Below, piece by piece: positions 19,284 through 28,360 of a DNA stretch of 64,000 nt. The notes beneath the pieces were generated by a model, which saw only the letters and a program-made list of their open reading frames with translations, searched no databases and was not told where the DNA came from. The DNA lies in NCBI GenBank assembly GCA_030837195.1, contig JAUPKZ010000001.1, forward strand, positions 5,104 to 69,103, in the 5' to 3' direction. The translations under genes and the position numbers were made by a program. Position 1 is the first letter of the stretch. Each line of letters opens with the position of its first letter. The stretch comes from Campylobacterota bacterium. Lineage in GTDB: Bacteria > Campylobacterota > Campylobacteria > Campylobacterales > Sulfurimonadaceae.

Positions 19284-20336
19284 ATGCTTCTTTACATACA
19301 TATTCCATTTTGTGATTCTAAATGCTACTACTGCTCTTTTAACTCTTATGTAGATAAATTTCACCTAAAAAAAGCCTATATGCACTCTCTTTATGAGCAA
19401 CTTCAATTTGAACTACAAAGATTTGCGGTAAAAGAAAAAGAGATAGAGTCGTTATTTATAGGCGGAGGTACTCCATCTTGCGTTGAAGCCGCTTTATATA
19501 AAGAAATATTTGAACTTCTCACTCCGTATCTAAAAGAGAACATAGAGATAACAACCGAAGCAAACCCAAACAGCGCAACTCCTCAGTGGCTAGAGCAGAT
19601 GTATGAGCTAGGCGTAAATCGTGTAAGTTTCGGGGTGCAGAGTTTCAACGACGCAAAGCTAAAGCTTCTAAATCGCGCGCACAACAGCCATCAAGCCAAA
19701 GAAGCAATTCAAAATGCTTATAAAGTCGGATTTAAAAATATCTCATTAGATTTGATTTATGCAGTTGCAACCGACACCAAAGAGATTTTAGAAAACGACC
19801 TAAAAACCGCTTTTTCTCTGCCTATAAACCACCTAAGCGCTTATGCACTTACCATAGAGGAAGGTACGCCGTTTGAGAAAAAACCTCATCTAAGCCATGA
19901 AAAACTCAGCCTTACAAAGTGGTTATTTAAACAGATAGAAAGTTTTGGATGTAAGCAGTACGAAATCAGCAACTTTGGAAAATATAGAAGCTTCCACAAT
20001 ATGGGCTATTGGCAATACAAAGATTATATAGGAGCCGGAAGCGGTGCAGTCGGCAAAATGGGTTCAAATAGATACTATCCGACAACAAATCTTGAAGCCT
20101 ACATCGCAAACCCTCTTGATATACATACCGAAATGCTAAGCAAAGAAGACCAAAAGATAGAGAAAATTTTTCTAGGCCTTCGTTCTTGTGTTGGCGTAAA
20201 AGATAGTATTCTCAATGAAAATGAGCTAAAAAAAGCAAATATTCTCATAGATGAAAAAAAATTGATAATAAAAAATGATACTTTTTATAACACTGACTAT
20301 CTGCTTGCAGATGAAATAGCACTATTTATATCATAA
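19284..20336 (+). CDS. hemW: Radical SAM heme chaperone HemW (HemN-like, oxygen-independent coproporphyrinogen oxidase family)
   Basis: 350 aa. HIPFCDSKCYYCSF (CxxxCxxC) plus GGGTPS. The size fits HemW rather than HemN. Confidence 0.85.
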   Translation: MLLYIHIPFCDSKCYYCSFNSYVDKFHLKKAYMHSLYEQLQFELQRFAVKEKEIESLFIGGGTPSCVEAALYKEIFELLTPYLKENIEITTEANPNSATPQWLEQMYELGVNRVSFGVQSFNDAKLKLLNRAHNSHQAKEAIQNAYKVGFKNISLDLIYAVATDTKEILENDLKTAFSLPINHLSAYALTIEEGTPFEKKPHLSHEKLSLTKWLFKQIESFGCKQYEISNFGKYRSFHNMGYWQYKDYIGAGSGAVGKMGSNRYYPTTNLEAYIANPLDIHTEMLSKEDQKIEKIFLGLRSCVGVKDSILNENELKKANILIDEKKLIIKNDTFYNTDYLLADEIALFIS

Positions 20337-20388
20337 TTTAATTATTCTTTAGGTAAAATCCTCCTTCATTATGATTTAAGGATTTTTT

Positions 20389-20814
20389 ATGTTTGGTATG
20401 GGTTTTACTGAAATACTTGTAATTCTTATCGTAGCGATTCTTTTTCTTGGACCTGACAAACTTCCAAGCGCTATGGTTGAAATTGCTAAATTTTTAAGAA
20501 GCGCTAAGAATGCAATAGGCTCAATGAAAGACTCTCTAGAAGAGGAGATGAATGTAAAAAGTATGAAAGATGAGGCTCTGGCGTATAAAAAAGAGCTTCT
20601 TGATGCCGGCGATAAGTTAAAAGATGCAACCGATATGAAAAAAATGGCGGCAAAACTAACTTCACTCGAAGATGATACTTTCTCAAGCGATTCTCTATTT
20701 AGCGCGCCAAAAGATACTACAAATCCAAACAAGCCAGATGAGATAACTCTCAAGAAAAAAGAGAGCTCCCTTCAAGATACACCAAAAATAGAAGAAGATA
20801 AGAAAAATGTTTGA
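20389..20814 (+). CDS. tatB: Twin-arginine translocase subunit TatB (TatA/B/E family)
   Basis: MFGMGFTEILVILIVAILFLGPDKLP N-terminus with a long amphipathic, acidic tail. Overlaps tatC. Confidence 0.8.
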   Translation: MFGMGFTEILVILIVAILFLGPDKLPSAMVEIAKFLRSAKNAIGSMKDSLEEEMNVKSMKDEALAYKKELLDAGDKLKDATDMKKMAAKLTSLEDDTFSSDSLFSAPKDTTNPNKPDEITLKKKESSLQDTPKIEEDKKNV

Positions 20815-21616
20815 CGAAATAAAACCGCACTTAATCGAACTAAGAAAAAGGCTAGCAATCTCTGTTGCGAGTTTAATAGTTATGTTTTTTGTAATGTTTG
20901 CTTTTAATCAAGAAATTTTAGCATGGATAGTAGCTCCTCTTAATGAAGCTCTTTTGTCTGTAGGCAAAACTTCAGTTAATGCAGCTGATGGTATGGTTAC
21001 TACAAGCCAAGTAGGCGGAGCTTTCTTTGTTGCGCTTAAAGTGTCGTTTTTTGCTGCCCTGCTTGGAGCATTGCCTATTATCTTATGGCAAGTTTGGGCA
21101 TTTGTTGCTCCGGCGCTTTATGCAAACGAGAAAAAGATGGTTATCCCGTTTATATTTGGCGGAACCGGTATGTTTGCGGTAGGGGTTTTGTTTTCTTACT
21201 ATATAGTCACTCCTTTGGGTTTTGATTTTTTGATTGCTTTTGGTAGCTTTCAATTTACTCCTCTTATAAATATAGAAGACTATGTTGGCTTTTTTACAAA
21301 AATAATGTTTGGATTCGGGATAGCTTTTGAGTTGCCTATTTTCGCCTACTTTTTAGCTCTGCTTGGTATGCTAAACGACAGGCAAATGATAGAGTTCTTT
21401 AGATACGCAATTGTGCTTATATTTATAGTTGCTGCCATACTTACTCCGCCTGATGTTTTAACACAACTTCTGATGGCAGCGCCTCTTACTCTGCTTTACG
21501 GTATATCTATTTTAATCGTTAAGGTCGTAAATCCTGCCCCAAAAGAAGATGAAAACAACACAGATGTTGATGATGACAGTGATGATTTAGACATCATAAA
21601 ACAACTTCAGAGCTAA
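20807..21616 (+). CDS. tatC: Twin-arginine translocase subunit TatC
   Basis: 269 aa with 6 TM segments. HL.ELR.R N-terminal motif and conserved FIxPAL-like segment (WAFVAPALY). Confidence 0.95.
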   Translation: MFDEIKPHLIELRKRLAISVASLIVMFFVMFAFNQEILAWIVAPLNEALLSVGKTSVNAADGMVTTSQVGGAFFVALKVSFFAALLGALPIILWQVWAFVAPALYANEKKMVIPFIFGGTGMFAVGVLFSYYIVTPLGFDFLIAFGSFQFTPLINIEDYVGFFTKIMFGFGIAFELPIFAYFLALLGMLNDRQMIEFFRYAIVLIFIVAAILTPPDVLTQLLMAAPLTLLYGISILIVKVVNPAPKEDENNTDVDDDSDDLDIIKQLQS

Positions 21617-21618
21617 AA

Positions 21619-22647
21619 GTGAGTAGCAAAGAGCTGCTTACTTCAAGCTATGATTTTACTCTTCCAAAAGAGCTTATAGCAACACATCCTGCAAATCCAA
21701 GAGATAGCGCAAAACTTCTAGTTTATGACAGAGAGAAGGATGAGATTTTCCATGCATATTTTTATGATCTAGAGAAGTTTATCCCAAAAAATTGTGCCGT
21801 TATATTTAATGACACAAAAGTCATAAAAGCAAGGCTATTTGGCACAAAACCAAGCGGCGGCAAGATAGAGCTTCTCATAAATAGGGCTTTAAATGCGAAT
21901 GATATAAGTGTTTATATCCGAGGCAAAGTAAAAGTAGGCACAACCCTTATTTTTGGCGACGCTTTAAATGCAGAAGTAAAAGAAATCCTTGAAGACGGAA
22001 GCAGAATCGTCAATTTTTACAAAAACGGCTCTCTGCTTCGCTTTGAAGAGCTACTCCCCATTATAGATAAAATAGGACATATTCCTCTGCCGCCATATAT
22101 TCAAAGAGAAGATGCTAAAGAGGATGAGAGCGAGTACCAAAGCGTATTTGCCAAAGAAGAAGGTGCGGTTGCAGCGCCTACTGCATCACTGCACTTCACA
22201 AAAGAGCAGCATGAAAAAATTTGCAACAATTTTGCCGCTTCCTATGTAACCCTGCATATAGGAAGCGGTACATTTAAGCCTGTTGAGTGTGATATTATAA
22301 CCCAACATCCAATGCACTCCGAATATTATGAGATTTCAGATGAGGCAAAAAAACTTATAGACTCACAAACTCCGATTCTTAGCATAGGCACAACTTCAAC
22401 AAGAACGATTGAGTTTTATGTAAGAAACAAAAACATACAAAAAGGTGAAGCAAATCTATTTTTGCATCCAAACAATAAGCCCATAAGAGTAAATCATATT
22501 CTTACAAATTTTCATCTGCCAAAATCAACGCTTCTTATGCTTGTGGCATCATTTGTAGGGTTAGACAAAACAAAAGAACTATATAATATTGCCATACAAA
22601 ATAACTACCGTTTCTACTCATACGGCGATGCTATGCTTATTATATAA
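21619..22647 (+). CDS. queA: S-adenosylmethionine:tRNA ribosyltransferase-isomerase
   Basis: 342 aa, GTG start. YDF.LP.ELIA..P, GHIPLPPYI, TLHIGSGTF.PV, RFYSYGDAMLI. Confidence 0.95.
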   Translation: MSSKELLTSSYDFTLPKELIATHPANPRDSAKLLVYDREKDEIFHAYFYDLEKFIPKNCAVIFNDTKVIKARLFGTKPSGGKIELLINRALNANDISVYIRGKVKVGTTLIFGDALNAEVKEILEDGSRIVNFYKNGSLLRFEELLPIIDKIGHIPLPPYIQREDAKEDESEYQSVFAKEEGAVAAPTASLHFTKEQHEKICNNFAASYVTLHIGSGTFKPVECDIITQHPMHSEYYEISDEAKKLIDSQTPILSIGTTSTRTIEFYVRNKNIQKGEANLFLHPNNKPIRVNHILTNFHLPKSTLLMLVASFVGLDKTKELYNIAIQNNYRFYSYGDAMLII

Positions 22648-23407
22648 ATACAACCCCGTTTATAATTTTTACCTCCCCCATAAGCTCTGCTTCAAAAATT
22701 TTCTGCGGATATCTCTTGATGGCCTCTTCATATGTAGGATTTGTTTTACAATACTCAAAAAATTCATCTTTTTTCTCTGAAACCATAGAGTCGCCAAATC
22801 TCTCTACAAACTCATCTATATCATATATGGCTTTTGCCAGCCCGTCTTTTAAAAGCTTATTTGTCGCCAAACTCTCATCAAGGCGGTGAGGAAGTACAAA
22901 TATCTCTTTACCCATAGCAAGTGCAAACTCTACACTGCGCATAGTTCCGCTTCCGATATCTGCTTCGCCTATAACTAAAACATCGCCAAGAGCTACAACT
23001 ACCTCGTTTCTTAAAACAAAACTCCATGGCGTTGCTTCAAAACCATTTTTAAACTGGCTTAGCAGTAACCCGTTTTTTGCTATGTCTTCTATGAGATTTT
23101 TGTTTATTGCCGGGTATCTTTTATCTATGCCGCAAGGAAGGACCGCAATTGTATTTGAAGCTTTTGCGGCACTATGAGCAAGCGCATCAATGCCTATTGC
23201 CGCACCGCTTACTATACAAACTCCGTTTTTGGCAAGAAGAGATGATAGTTTTTGCACTTGCGCACGCGAATACTGCATAGGTTTTCTGCTTCCCACTATT
23301 GATACTTTTTTCATCTTAAGAAGCTCTAAATTGCCGCTATAAAAGAGCTCTTTTGGGTAACTCTTCATTTTAAAAAGTTCGGGTATTTCCCTCTCAATGA
23401 TACTCAT
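22640..23407 (-). CDS. dprA: DNA processing protein DprA (SMF family)
   Basis: 255 aa. VSIVGSRKP...SGAAIGIDA.AH Rossmann core. Confidence 0.85.
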   Translation of the reverse strand: MSIIEREIPELFKMKSYPKELFYSGNLELLKMKKVSIVGSRKPMQYSRAQVQKLSSLLAKNGVCIVSGAAIGIDALAHSAAKASNTIAVLPCGIDKRYPAINKNLIEDIAKNGLLLSQFKNGFEATPWSFVLRNEVVVALGDVLVIGEADIGSGTMRSVEFALAMGKEIFVLPHRLDESLATNKLLKDGLAKAIYDIDEFVERFGDSMVSEKKDEFFEYCKTNPTYEEAIKRYPQKIFEAELMGEVKIINGVVFI

Positions 23408-23418
23408 CTCAATCTCTT

Positions 23419-24540
23419 TTAATACAGTTTATCGACCAAAACCAAATCAATATCTCTAAAATATTTTTTAGACTCATGAATTGCAAGAATGGTATTTGAA
23501 TGCGGATGCCCTATAGCTACGGCATTTCCATGCTCTTTTGCTATCTCTATCGCTTTTCTTATTTGTGCTTTTATATACTCTTTTTCATGTTTATGGTCTA
23601 AAAAAACATCTCTTGCTACATATCTTTTTTGGTATTTTTTCATAACATTTGCAACTTTTGAAGAGCCGATTGTTCTGCTGTCGATAAAATTTATATTTTC
23701 TTCTTGAAGTGTAAGAATAAGCTTATCGACTGCTTCTTCGTTAGAAGTAAACTTGCTTCCGGTATGGTTATTTATATATTTGACCCTCGGGAAAAGCCGC
23801 TTTATCTCCCCTATTCTTTGTGCGATTGTTTCTTTAGAGTCGCCTGTTTTTAGCGTATATGGCTCCTCTTTTGTAAAACTTTGCGCTTCCATTGGCAGAT
23901 GAACCATATAAAAACTCTCTGCATCTGCAAGAGAGTGTGAATTTGGTCTCTCTTTACTTGGCGGTAAAAAAGACATCGTTAGAGGCAAATTTAAGCTTTT
24001 GATGGCATTGACTTGAGACTTTGTAGAGACATCATCTATGATGATTACCAATTTAGGTTTTACAACCCCCGTTAATTTTTCTCTTTTATATGTTTGAAGA
24101 ACAATCTCTCCCTCATACTCATGTGAGGCATTGCTATATTCCGTACTCTCTTTCTTGCTTTTTGGTTTATGTTCTTCTTGCTTAATCTCTTTTTTTAAAA
24201 CCTCTTTGAGTTTTTCTTTTAGCTCATCATCTTTAATATGCTCTTTTTTAGAAGGAATCTCTATAGCGGTAGATAAATTTTGCTCTTTTGGCTGCTCCTG
24301 CGGCTCTTTTTTTTGTTCTTTTTGCAAAATTGTTACATTATTATCTTCAATTTTACGAAGCTCTTTTATCTCAGGTGCTTTTTGCACTTTCTTAAGTGTA
24401 TCTTTTGAACTATCGTGCCCATAATAATAACCTGCTATAAAAACCACCATCGAAACTATAATTAATAATAAAAACCATAATGTTATATATAATAATTTGT
24501 TAGATTTTTTTTTAGAACTGCTTCTTTTTCTCTTTGCCAT
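23419..24540 (-). CDS. Divergent polysaccharide deacetylase family protein (YibQ-like), membrane anchored
   Basis: 373 aa. Basic N-terminus plus TM, K/E-rich linker. C-terminal domain with LVIIIDD...LP.T.SFLP...HLPME...NNH.GS...VAIGHPH. Confidence 0.6.
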   Translation of the reverse strand: MAKRKRSSSKKKSNKLLYITLWFLLLIIVSMVVFIAGYYYGHDSSKDTLKKVQKAPEIKELRKIEDNNVTILQKEQKKEPQEQPKEQNLSTAIEIPSKKEHIKDDELKEKLKEVLKKEIKQEEHKPKSKKESTEYSNASHEYEGEIVLQTYKREKLTGVVKPKLVIIIDDVSTKSQVNAIKSLNLPLTMSFLPPSKERPNSHSLADAESFYMVHLPMEAQSFTKEEPYTLKTGDSKETIAQRIGEIKRLFPRVKYINNHTGSKFTSNEEAVDKLILTLQEENINFIDSRTIGSSKVANVMKKYQKRYVARDVFLDHKHEKEYIKAQIRKAIEIAKEHGNAVAIGHPHSNTILAIHESKKYFRDIDLVLVDKLY

Positions 24541-24735
24541 CTATGCCCCGTTAAACAATTACAACTATATCTTAAAAAATATAAAAATCGACATAAAAGA
24601 TATTGCTTTTCTTAAGCATTATTTCTGTACAATTGCGCGTTCCTTTCTCTTTGTATCAAATTTTTTTTGATATATGCATATCCGAAAGGGAAACAAACGC
24701 CTATTTTAGGCAAATACCAAAGGGAGACTTACTCT

Positions 24736-25146
24736 ATGAGAAATTACGAAAACTTAGTAATCGTAAAACCGACATTAACAGCAGAAGAGATTCAAGCTAG
24801 CATTAAAGCAGTTGAAGAAACTATCACTTCTAACGGCGGCGAAATCGCTGCAACAGACAGCATGGGTATGAGAAAATTAGCATATCCTCTTGCAAAAAAC
24901 GAGCGTGGTTATTTCCATGTAATCTACTACTCGGCAGCTCCTTCGGCAATCAGCGAAATTGAAAGACGCTTTCGTATCAACGAAGATATCCTTCGTTTTG
25001 TAACTATCAAATATGATACAAACCGTGAAGTAAAAGCATGGCATCAACTTGTGCAAAAAGCACAGAAAAAGTCTGCTGCTCCTACGACAGAGGCTAAAAC
25101 TGAAAGCCCTAAAGTAGAAGAAGCAGCTGAAGCAGCAGCAGAGTAA
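24736..25146 (+). CDS. rpsF: 30S ribosomal protein S6
   Basis: ATG at 24736 preceded by AGGGAG. MRNYENLVIVKPTL start. A/E-rich C-terminal tail ending ...EEAAEAAAE. The upstream extension in the ORF track is rejected. Confidence 0.95.
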   Translation: MRNYENLVIVKPTLTAEEIQASIKAVEETITSNGGEIAATDSMGMRKLAYPLAKNERGYFHVIYYSAAPSAISEIERRFRINEDILRFVTIKYDTNREVKAWHQLVQKAQKKSAAPTTEAKTESPKVEEAAEAAAE

Positions 25147-25183
25147 TTTAGGTATATCCTAATTATAAAATAAGGAATATTTT

Positions 25184-25669
25184 ATGTACAACAAAGTTAT
25201 ATTGGTTGGAAATTTAACAAGAGATATAGAACTCAGATATACCCAAGGCGGAATGGCAGTAGCAAGCAGTGCACTCGCAACAAGTCGTAAATTTACTCTA
25301 AACGGTGAAAAAAAAGAGGAAGTCTGTTTTGTTGATATAACTTTTTTTGCAAGAAGTGCAGAAGTTGCCAACCAATACCTCAGAAAGGGTAGCAAAATCC
25401 TTGTTGAGGGAAGACTTAACTTTGAACAATGGAATGATCAAAACGGGCAAAAGCGTTCAAAGCACTCTGTCGTTGTAGAAACGATGCAGATGTTAGATAG
25501 CAAAGGTGAATCAAGCAGCAGTAGCGAATACCCTACTCAGCAAACGCAACAAAGCTATCAAAATCAACAGCCTGCTACTCAAAAGCAGCCTTATGTGCAA
25601 AACAGACAGATGCCAAATAACAATAGCATCCCCGAGATAGACATTGATGAAGATGAAATTCCGTTTTAG
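25184..25669 (+). CDS. ssb: Single-stranded DNA-binding protein
   Basis: OB-fold N-terminus MYNKVILVGNLTRD, Q/S-rich linker, acidic tip DEDEIPF. Confidence 0.95.
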   Translation: MYNKVILVGNLTRDIELRYTQGGMAVASSALATSRKFTLNGEKKEEVCFVDITFFARSAEVANQYLRKGSKILVEGRLNFEQWNDQNGQKRSKHSVVVETMQMLDSKGESSSSSEYPTQQTQQSYQNQQPATQKQPYVQNRQMPNNNSIPEIDIDEDEIPF

Positions 25670-25697
25670 AAAAAAATAGATAACAAAAGGAAATAAC

Positions 25698-25961
25698 ATG
25701 GCAGAAAGAAGAAAGTATAAAAAAAGATACTGCAAGTATTGTGAAGCAAAAGTGGATTTTATGGATTATAAAGATGTAGGAGCACTTCGTTTCTCACTAT
25801 CTGAAAGATATAAAATTATGCCTCGTCGTTTAACAGGTAACTGTAAACGCCACCAAGATATGATCTCTACGGTAATCAAAAGAGCTCGCGCAGCAGCACT
25901 TGTTCCATATACCGTAACTAGAAAAGCAGTTGTAACTGCTCCATTTGAAAATTTGAAATAA
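25698..25961 (+). CDS. rpsR: 30S ribosomal protein S18
   Basis: 87 aa. KRYCKYC...DYKD...L..F.....KI.PRR.TG.C.KHQ. Canonical rpsF-ssb-rpsR order. Confidence 0.95.
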   Translation: MAERRKYKKRYCKYCEAKVDFMDYKDVGALRFSLSERYKIMPRRLTGNCKRHQDMISTVIKRARAAALVPYTVTRKAVVTAPFENLK

Positions 25962-26015
25962 TTTTCAAAAAAGCCACAAACTGGGGCTTGAAAATTTGAA
26001 ATAATTTTCAAAAAA
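25945..26015 (+). repeat. Tandem 28-bp direct repeat duplicating the rpsR 3' end
   Basis: TTGAAAATTTGAAATAATTTTCAAAAAA occurs at 25945-25972 (including the last rpsR codons and the stop) and identically at 25988-26015. Each copy is itself a TTGAAAAT/ATTTTCAA hairpin. Confidence 0.85.
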
Positions 26016-26016
26016 A

Positions 26017-26044
26017 GTGAGGAGAGAAATCTTCTCACGCTTTT
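26017..26044 (+). terminator. Rho-independent terminator of the rpsF-ssb-rpsR operon
   Basis: GTGAGGAGA-GAAA-TCTTCTCAC stem-loop (one G-U pair) followed by GCTTTT. Confidence 0.6.
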
Positions 26045-26125
26045 AATACGACTCTTAAAATAAACAGCCTCATTCATTTCACAAATATAATATTTTTGAT
26101 ATAATACTTGCTAAAAAGTAGCACT

Positions 26126-27334
26126 ATGCATTATTTTATCCTTACAATTTTCCTTATCTCTTCGCTTTTTGCAAAAAACTCGGAATTTTCTATCATTATC
26201 GACAAATCTTCTCAAAATATTTTTTATGATATTTCTCAAAGTAGCAGCAATATGTTAAGTAGCGCTCTATTTTTAAAAAAAGAAGCTCAAGAAGAAAAAA
26301 AAGAGCCTAAAACTTACACAAACGCTTTTGATTATCTCTCATCCCTCTCGGAATCAAGCGGTATGAAAATGCAGCTTATAAGAATTGATGACAAAGCAAA
26401 AATACTCTTTGACAAATCAACAAATTTAACAAATTTTGATAAAGTATATACTTATACAAAAACAGAACAGAATGAATATATCGTTATAGGTTCAAACACA
26501 AATAACGAACTTCTTTATGCAAAATTAAATGAAAATACAGAGATCATAACTTCCAAAACAATAAGCGGTACTTTACAAAATAAAATAAACGCTCTTTTAT
26601 CTCTTAAAGATGGTTCATTACTAATCATAGGCTCTTCTGCAACGACAAAAAGCCAAAGCTATGACCTTTTTAATCAAGGGCTAGGTCTTAACGATATCTA
26701 TATTTTAAAAATTTCAAAAGATGGAACTCTTCTTTGGGGTAAAAAATACGGCACTCAGTATGACGATAATGGCATAGACGCCATAGAAGCGTCTGATGGT
26801 ACCATAGTTGTTTTAGGGCAAACAAACCATGAAAAACAACACGGTATAACTACTCTGCGCTTAACTCCTGATGGTGATCAAATATGGATAAACCATAGTA
26901 AAAATGAGAAAAATACGACTGCCAATAAAATTGTAGCACTAAAAAACGGCAACTTTCTTCTCTCTTTATCGGTAGAAGATGAGATGAGCAAAGAGCAAAT
27001 CCGCCTCATAAAATTTGATATTCATAAAAATATTTTACTCGACAAAGTTATTGCAACAAGATATGCAAGCGTATTAAAAGATATAAAAGAGTACGCCAAT
27101 GGGCAATTTGCAGGTGTGGGCTATGTAAAAGACAAAGAAGACACCGACGCTCTTGCGGTTATGCTTGATAAAAACTTTAATATTCTCGCACAAGAGCACT
27201 ATGGGGATATAGCCTATGATACCTTTGAGAAAGTGAGCATTTTAAAAAATGGTCAAATCGCAGCTATAGGCACAAAAGCAAATAAGATATGGGTAGTAAA
27301 ACTAGATAAAAATCTCTCAATTGCCGGCAAGTAA
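26126..27334 (+). CDS. Secreted repeat protein of unknown function (possible beta-propeller-like repeats)
   Basis: Signal peptide MHYFILTIFLISSLFA. Recurring (I/V)V.G...........DG...W units. Start ambiguous between TTG 26108 and ATG 26126. Confidence 0.5.
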   Translation: MHYFILTIFLISSLFAKNSEFSIIIDKSSQNIFYDISQSSSNMLSSALFLKKEAQEEKKEPKTYTNAFDYLSSLSESSGMKMQLIRIDDKAKILFDKSTNLTNFDKVYTYTKTEQNEYIVIGSNTNNELLYAKLNENTEIITSKTISGTLQNKINALLSLKDGSLLIIGSSATTKSQSYDLFNQGLGLNDIYILKISKDGTLLWGKKYGTQYDDNGIDAIEASDGTIVVLGQTNHEKQHGITTLRLTPDGDQIWINHSKNEKNTTANKIVALKNGNFLLSLSVEDEMSKEQIRLIKFDIHKNILLDKVIATRYASVLKDIKEYANGQFAGVGYVKDKEDTDALAVMLDKNFNILAQEHYGDIAYDTFEKVSILKNGQIAAIGTKANKIWVVKLDKNLSIAGK

Positions 27335-27344
27335 TGAGCTTGGC

Positions 27345-27683
27345 TTAAGAGGACATATCTTCAAAGTCTTCTTCTAGCGCATCTGCTCTAAGCGCTAGTC
27401 GTACTTTGTCTTGTTTTAGTTTTTTATATAATTTAAATTTTGCCTTTTGCAACTCTTCGTCATTGGCAAAACCAAATTGCTCTTTTATAGCTTCATTGCT
27501 TTGACTCGCGCTATCCATGGCAAATAGTTTTAGCTCTTTTTTTGTAAGCTTTTTTTTAAGAACATTGTAAAGACTTTTATCATCTTCTATCATATCAACG
27601 GCTGATAGTCTGCAATATTTTGCAATCATCTCTCTAAAACTGTTCTCACTGTTGTATTGTCTCCAGATACTATTTTTAAGCAT
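27345..27683 (-). CDS. Small hypothetical protein, possible sigma-70 region-4/LuxR-like HTH
   Basis: 112 aa. Segment LTKKELKLFAM....SNEAIKEQFGF.N.EELQKAKFKLYKKLK resembles an r4-type HTH. The start overlaps the serB stop by 1 nt. Confidence 0.35.
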   Translation of the reverse strand: MLKNSIWRQYNSENSFREMIAKYCRLSAVDMIEDDKSLYNVLKKKLTKKELKLFAMDSASQSNEAIKEQFGFANDEELQKAKFKLYKKLKQDKVRLALRADALEEDFEDMSS

Positions 27684-28306
27684 TATATTTTCTCCAATAT
27701 TTTTGTTAAATCTTTTGTCTCAATCACGATATTTGCCTCTTTTTTTAGTATCTCTTTAGCACAAAATGCAACTCTAGTACCCGCATGGGCAAACATAGAG
27801 AGGTCGTTTGCACCGTCTCCGCATACTAGCGTTTCATCCTCTTTGACCCCCAATAAACCCTGCAAACGAATCAACATATCACCTTTTGAGTAGCCAAACA
27901 TCATATCTCCGCCGACAAGACCAGTGAGAATCTGATTTTTATGATGCAGTACATTTGAAAAATCGGCATCGTATCCTAAAATATTTTTTGCATATCCCGT
28001 CGCACTTCTAAATCCACCGCTAAAACAGACTACTTTCATACCCCTGCTCTTTAACTCCGCTATTGTCTCTTTTGCACCTTTCATATATGGTAGATTGTGG
28101 CTTATCTTCTCAACTACGCTATACTCCAATCCCTTTAAAAGCCCGACTCTTTGTTGAAGTGATTCAAAAAAATCAAGCTCTCCGTTCATTGCTGCCTCAG
28201 TTATTTTACTTACCTGTTCTTTTAGTCCAAGTTCTGCTGCAAAAAAGTCTATTGTTTCTCCGTCCATAAGCGTAGAATCAAAATCAAAAACCGCCAGTTT
28301 TAACAT
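27683..28306 (-). CDS. serB: Phosphoserine phosphatase (HAD superfamily)
   Basis: 207 aa. DFDSTL motif I, SGGF motif, GDGANDL motif. Confidence 0.85.
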   Translation of the reverse strand: MLKLAVFDFDSTLMDGETIDFFAAELGLKEQVSKITEAAMNGELDFFESLQQRVGLLKGLEYSVVEKISHNLPYMKGAKETIAELKSRGMKVVCFSGGFRSATGYAKNILGYDADFSNVLHHKNQILTGLVGGDMMFGYSKGDMLIRLQGLLGVKEDETLVCGDGANDLSMFAHAGTRVAFCAKEILKKEANIVIETKDLTKILEKI

Positions 28307-28360
28307 ATATTTTTCTCTCTTTAGTTATAATTACGCAATTATACCCACTTAGGACTCTTT

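Noticed and set aside
22589-22780. 63-aa plus-strand ORF bridging the queA end and the dprA 3' end
   Set aside because: It is out of frame with queA and antisense to dprA. Convergent overlap of two conserved genes explains the region.
24603-24800. 65-aa ORF and the 24667 upstream extension of rpsF
   Set aside because: The canonical S6 N-terminus (MRNYENLVIVKP) starts at 24736 with a strong AGGGAG RBS. The upstream frames would run through the promoter and leader.
25766-26077. 103-aa minus-strand ORF spanning the rpsR 3' half and the repeat/terminator region
   Set aside because: It is antisense to rpsR and crosses the operon terminator. It has no RBS. The duplicated repeat explains the open frame.
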